Source: an uncultured virus (IMG/VR IMGVR_UViG_3300009159_005817)
Lineage: Duplodnaviria; Heunggongvirae; Uroviricota; Caudoviricetes
Direction: 5' to 3' (one strand)
DNA length: 60,425 nucleotides
IMG/VR virus record: IMGVR_UViG_3300009159_005817
Span: 62,001 to 122,425 of that record
Shown here piece by piece: positions 56,192-60,425 of this stretch. How positions within the stretch are numbered: the stretch's first letter is position 1; every line of letters starts with the position of its first letter. Position numbers and translations under genes: made by a program. A model generated the notes under the pieces. That model was not told the origin of the DNA. It did no database searches and saw only the letters and a list, made by a program, of their open reading frames with translations.

Positions 56192-57321
56192 TACTTACCG
56201 TTAATTCCATTAGCTGCTTTATACGCTAGATAATTATAATTTATAAAAGGTTGAGAATTTAGATGATCGATAATGGTATTACCAATTACTAAATTGGGAT
56301 CATTGTATGATACTCCATTACCTAATTTATTTCCGCCAATATAAATTTCTTCAGGGATATTCCAAACGAAAGAATTTTTTGTCTGAGAACCTTCAGACGA
56401 TCCATTAATCCATAAAGTAAATTCACTTCCAATCAAACTATTATCTAAAACTAAAGTTACATTATTCCATTGATTATTTGAGAATGAATGAGTAAATTTA
56501 GGTAGAGAGGCATAATCTGCAGCATTTCCAAATGATACATGGGATCCATTAATCGCTAAAATCAATCCAGTCTGTGCATAATTTCCAAAAGAAAATAAAG
56601 AACATGGAGTGCTGATTCCTGAAATATTAGAATGTTTAAACCAAACAGATATCATGAATCCGTTAGTACCAATATAAGCATTAGAAATATCCAAGGTAAT
56701 TGAATGCATTGAGCCATTAGGAGAAGAGGTATTTGATTGAAATGCTCCGTATGCAGTTCCTCCATTAGCACCAAAATCGATAGAATTCGAGTCTTCTGGA
56801 GCAAAGGTTGAAGGGAAACCGTTAAGATTACTATTTCCTAGATTATTAGTCGTTTTCGAATTAACTAGGCCTAAACAAGAGCATTGAGGAATAGAAGGAT
56901 CCCATATAACCAGAGGATCAGCTATGTGCACAAATGGATAATCTTGATTCATAATGAAATATTCAGCGGAATTATTTAACCAATTCATTGCGGCACCAAT
57001 TGTTCCGTATTGAGCTCCACCAGGTCTTCCCGGTAAACCATTAATAAGTTCAAGTAATTTAGTTGGATTCGTTGAGTCAAATGAACCCCATGCTACCGGA
57101 GTATAATCACTACTTCCACCGGGATAAGCTTCACTTTGCGCATCTTTTGTTGAGTATATGATGTATTGACTTCCACCAGTTTCACCTGCGTAATAAGTAA
57201 GACTGTCTTGTGATTGTGCTTTAGAGCTAGTTGCTACGGCAAAACCATTACTCCATAGAGTGTTAGGTTTGTAGTCGTTTACTCCACCGGCAATTGGATT
57301 TCTTTGTAATTGTAATGGCAT
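56188..57321 (-). CDS. LamG/concanavalin-A-like domain protein (virion/tail-associated)
   Basis: FMISVWFK, NQWNNVTLV, LWING, IYIGG; GAATAAATA upstream on the minus strand. Confidence 0.75.
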   Translation of the reverse strand: MPLQLQRNPIAGGVNDYKPNTLWSNGFAVATSSKAQSQDSLTYYAGETGGSQYIIYSTKDAQSEAYPGGSSDYTPVAWGSFDSTNPTKLLELINGLPGRPGGAQYGTIGAAMNWLNNSAEYFIMNQDYPFVHIADPLVIWDPSIPQCSCLGLVNSKTTNNLGNSNLNGFPSTFAPEDSNSIDFGANGGTAYGAFQSNTSSPNGSMHSITLDISNAYIGTNGFMISVWFKHSNISGISTPCSLFSFGNYAQTGLILAINGSHVSFGNAADYASLPKFTHSFSNNQWNNVTLVLDNSLIGSEFTLWINGSSEGSQTKNSFVWNIPEEIYIGGNKLGNGVSYNDPNLVIGNTIIDHLNSQPFINYNYLAYKAANGINGKY

Positions 57322-57355
57322 GTTATAATGTTTTGTTTGTTTTTATATTTATTCG

Positions 57356-60300
57356 TTAGATGTTGTTTTTCATCTGCGATTCTAGATTTTCTACTTTGGC
57401 GGTTAATTCTTTAATTGCCTCTATTAATACCGCAACCATATTTTGATAGGCTACTGCATAAGTTCCATCATTTTTTTGATAAACTACTTCTGGAATTATG
57501 GTCATAACCTCTTGAGCAATAACACCCATGAAACGATCACTTGATTCAGAATCAATACGTTCATAAGTTACACCTCTCAAGGAATTTACTTTATTTAAGG
57601 CCTCTATTATAGTTTCTACATTAGTTTTAACTCTTGCATCCGAGAATGCAATAATATCATTACTTGCATAAATAGAAACGTTTGCATTAGCACCAACTAC
57701 CTCTATTGGGTAATTAGGCGCAGGAGTTCCAACTCCCAGATAATTATTGGTATAATCAAATACTAAATTAGGATTAGCATCGAAAGCTCCAGTATTATTA
57801 TAAATCACTTGAGTATTAGTTCCAGGAACAGTTCCAGATCCAGCAGATCCTTGAATTCCTTGGAATCCTTGATTTCCACTACCTTGATTACCTTGGAATC
57901 CAAATCCTTGGAATCCTTGGAATCCTTGAGATCCTTTAGCTCCTTGATCTCCTTTAGTTCCTTGTGGTCCTTGAAATCCTTGTACTCCTGAAGTTCCGGA
58001 TATACCGTTTAGACCAGTAGCACCTTGGAATCCTTGATCTCCTTTAGCACCTTGATCGCCTTTGGTACCTTGTATACCCTGGAATCCTTGGAATCCTTGT
58101 GAACCCTTAGCTCCTTGATCTCCCTTGGTTCCTTGAATACCTTGGAATCCTTGATCGCCTTTAGCACCTTGGTCACCCTTAGCACCTTGATCTCCTTTGG
58201 TACCTTGGATTCCCTGGAAACCTTGATCTCCTTTAGTACCCTGAATACCTTGAAATCCTTGATTACCGATAGTTCCTTGAATACCTTGGAAACCTTGATT
58301 ACCAAAGGTTCCTTGTATACCTTGGAATCCTTGATCTCCTTTAGCACCTTGATCGCCTTTGGTACCTTGTATACCCTGGAATCCTTGGAATCCTTGATTA
58401 CCTTTATCTCCTTGATCGCCTTTAGCACCTTGTATTCCTTGAAATCCTTGATCTCCTTTGGTACCTTGAATACCTTGGAATCCTTGATCTCCTTTAGCGC
58501 CTTGGTCACCTTTAGCTCCTTGATCTCCTTTGGTTCCTTGTATACCTTGGAATCCTTGATCTCCTTTAGCACCTTGATCTCCTTTAGTACCCTGTATACC
58601 TTGAAAACCTTGATTACCAATAGTTCCTTGAATACCTTGGAATCCTTGATCTCCTTTAGCTCCTTGAATACCTTGGAATCCTTGATCTCCTTTAGCTCCT
58701 TGATCGCCTTTAGTACCTTGTATTCCTTGGAAACCTTGATTACCTTTATCTCCTTGATTACCTTGAAAACCTTGATTACCAATAGTTCCTTGAATACCTT
58801 GAAAACCTTGATTACCAATAGTTCCTTGAATACCTTGGAATCCTTGGAAACCTTGATCTCCTTTAGCTCCTTGATCTCCTTTAGCACCTTGGTCACCTTT
58901 GGTTCCTTGTATACCTTGAAAACCTTGATTACCGATGGTTCCTTGATCTCCTTTAGCACCTTGATTACCGATAGTTCCTTGAATTCCTTGAAAACCTTGA
59001 TTACCTTGGGAACCATCTATACCAGCAATACCGAAAGTACCTTGGAATCCTTGATCTCCTTGTAATCCTTGTGAACCTTGTGTACCAACGGTACCTTGTC
59101 TACCTTGGAATCCTTGTGTACCAACAGTTCCTTGTCTACCTTGAAAACCTTGTGTACCAACAGTACCTTGAATTCCTTGGAATCCTTGATCTCCTTTAGA
59201 ACCCTGTATACCTTGGAATCCTTGATCTCCTTTGGTCCCTTGTATACCTTGGAATCCTTGATCTCCTTTGGTTCCTTGAATTCCTTGAAAACCTTGATCT
59301 CCTTTAGCACCTTGATCTCCTTTAGCACCTTGATCTCCTTTGGTTCCTTGAATTCCTTGAAAACCTTGATCTCCCTTAGAACCCTGAATACCTTGGAATC
59401 CTTGATCGCCTTTGGTTCCTTGAATTCCTTGAAAACCTTGATTACCAATAGTTCCTTGAATTCCATAAGGTCCTTGAAAACCTTGTACACCAGAAGTTCC
59501 GGATATACCGTTTAGGCCGGTAGCTCCTTGGAATCCTTGATCGCCTTTATCACCTTGGTTACCGATAGTTCCTTGTATACCTTGGAATCCCTGAGAACCT
59601 TTAGCTCCTTGATCTCCTTTAGTTCCTTGAATACCCTGAAACCCTTGATCTCCTTTAGCACCTTGATCGCCTTTAGCACCTTGGAATCCTTGATCTCCTT
59701 TGGTTCCTTGAATTCCTTGAAAACCTTGATCTCCTTTAGAACCTTGAATACCTTGAAAACCTTGATTACCAACAGTACCTTGAATTCCTTGAAATCCTTG
59801 ATCTCCTTTAGAACCCTGAATACCTTGAAAACCTTGATCTCCTTTGGTTCCTTGTATTCCTTGGAATCCTTGGTCACCTTTAGCACCTTGGAATCCTTGA
59901 TCTCCTTTGGTTCCTTGAATTCCTTGAAAACCTTGATCTCCTTTAGAACCTTGAATTCCTTGAAATCCTTGATTACCTTTATCGCCTTGATTACCTTGAA
60001 AACCTTGATTACCAACGGTACCTTGAATACCTTGAAAACCTTGATTACCAACGGTTCCTTGTATTCCTTGGAATCCTTGGTCACCTTTAGCACCTTGGAA
60101 TCCTTGATCTCCTTTGGTTCCTTGAATTCCTTGAAAACCTTGATCTCCTTTAGAACCTTGAATTCCTTGGAATCCTTGATCTCCTTTGGTTCCTTGATCG
60201 CCTTTAGTACCCTGTATTCCTTGAAAACCTTGGAATCCTCTATCTCCTTGATCTCCTTTAGGTCCTTGGAATCCTTGTACTCCAGAAGTTCCGGATATAC

Positions 60301-60424
60301 CATTTAAACCAGTAGCACCTTGGAAACCTTGATCTCCTTTAGCGCCTTGATCTCCTTTGGTTCCTTGTATTCCTTGGAATCCTTGATCTCCTTTGGTACC
60401 TTGAATACCCTGAATACCTTGGAA
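57356..60424 (-). CDS. collagen-like tail fibre with C-terminal peptidase S74 intramolecular chaperone (5' end outside window)
   Basis: Gly-X-Y frame (GFQ GIQ GTK GDQ...) is continuous with ...TNTQVIYNN... and SDARVKTNV...LRGV.Y...GVIAQEV....PEVV...LIEAIKEL. Confidence 0.88.
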   Translation of the reverse strand, partial: FQGIQGIQGTKGDQGFQGIQGTKGDQGAKGDQGFQGATGLNGISGTSGVQGFQGPKGDQGDRGFQGFQGIQGTKGDQGTKGDQGFQGIQGSKGDQGFQGIQGTKGDQGFQGAKGDQGFQGIQGTVGNQGFQGIQGTVGNQGFQGNQGDKGNQGFQGIQGSKGDQGFQGIQGTKGDQGFQGAKGDQGFQGIQGTKGDQGFQGIQGSKGDQGFQGIQGTVGNQGFQGIQGSKGDQGFQGIQGTKGDQGFQGAKGDQGAKGDQGFQGIQGTKGDQGAKGSQGFQGIQGTIGNQGDKGDQGFQGATGLNGISGTSGVQGFQGPYGIQGTIGNQGFQGIQGTKGDQGFQGIQGSKGDQGFQGIQGTKGDQGAKGDQGAKGDQGFQGIQGTKGDQGFQGIQGTKGDQGFQGIQGSKGDQGFQGIQGTVGTQGFQGRQGTVGTQGFQGRQGTVGTQGSQGLQGDQGFQGTFGIAGIDGSQGNQGFQGIQGTIGNQGAKGDQGTIGNQGFQGIQGTKGDQGAKGDQGAKGDQGFQGFQGIQGTIGNQGFQGIQGTIGNQGFQGNQGDKGNQGFQGIQGTKGDQGAKGDQGFQGIQGAKGDQGFQGIQGTIGNQGFQGIQGTKGDQGAKGDQGFQGIQGTKGDQGAKGDQGAKGDQGFQGIQGTKGDQGFQGIQGAKGDQGDKGNQGFQGFQGIQGTKGDQGAKGDQGFQGIQGTFGNQGFQGIQGTIGNQGFQGIQGTKGDQGFQGIQGTKGDQGAKGDQGAKGDQGFQGIQGTKGDQGAKGSQGFQGFQGIQGTKGDQGAKGDQGFQGATGLNGISGTSGVQGFQGPQGTKGDQGAKGSQGFQGFQGFGFQGNQGSGNQGFQGIQGSAGSGTVPGTNTQVIYNNTGAFDANPNLVFDYTNNYLGVGTPAPNYPIEVVGANANVSIYASNDIIAFSDARVKTNVETIIEALNKVNSLRGVTYERIDSESSDRFMGVIAQEVMTIIPEVVYQKNDGTYAVAYQNMVAVLIEAIKELTAKVENLESQMKNNI

Positions 60425-60425
60425 A

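Noticed and set aside
57809..60307. Long ORFs rich in KVFKE (minus) and SLIS (plus) in the ORF track
   Set aside because: They are off-frame and antisense shadows of the Gly-X-Y collagen frame, which is continuous with the S74 domain
1..60425. Alternative genetic code (stop-codon reassignment)
   Set aside because: Known enzymes are full length in code 11, TAA, TAG and TGA all end genes at tight junctions, and no suppressor tRNA is seen

Overview
AT-rich, densely packed segment of a large lytic dsDNA tailed phage, with T4-like/jumbo-myovirus gene content. It uses the standard genetic code. Nearly all genes are on the + strand until ~56.2 kb, where minus-strand tail-fibre genes begin. The host is very probably Bacteroidota, given TAnnTTTG-type promoters, no evident Shine-Dalgarno sites and a gene with a T9SS type-B sorting domain. 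Recognisable genes: MazG-like, ThyA, DHFR, two RNA ligases, a GH19 endolysin with a membrane partner, an SLT, a Rieske oxygenase, a DUF481-like barrel, GIY-YIGs, a photolyase-like protein, UvsE, a RadA-like ATPase, DEDD exonucleases, a glycan-modification cluster, tRNA-Leu and tRNA-fMet, a LamG protein and a collagen-like fibre with an S74 chaperone. Most notable: (1) twelve copies of a composite promoter, in which a DnaA-box-like site (TGTTAATAAC) sits exactly 48 bp, or 48 bp plus whole helical turns, upstream of TATATTTG/A; one copy drives a stand-alone DnaA domain-IV protein. (2) A 7.3-kb array of nine proteins sharing a T4 internal-protein-like capsid-targeting N-terminus fused to different enzymes (two ADP-ribosyltransferases, a nucleotidyltransferase, ParB/Srx, PAP2, KTSC). 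(3) A ~1-kb non-coding block with CTAG repeated on a ~10.25-bp period plus phased A-tracts (candidate pac/ori). (4) An anticodon-less tRNA mimic and several structured RNAs near the tRNAs. (5) An aerolysin/ETX-like protein in the lysis cassette. All family assignments come from motif recognition by eye; no searches were run.
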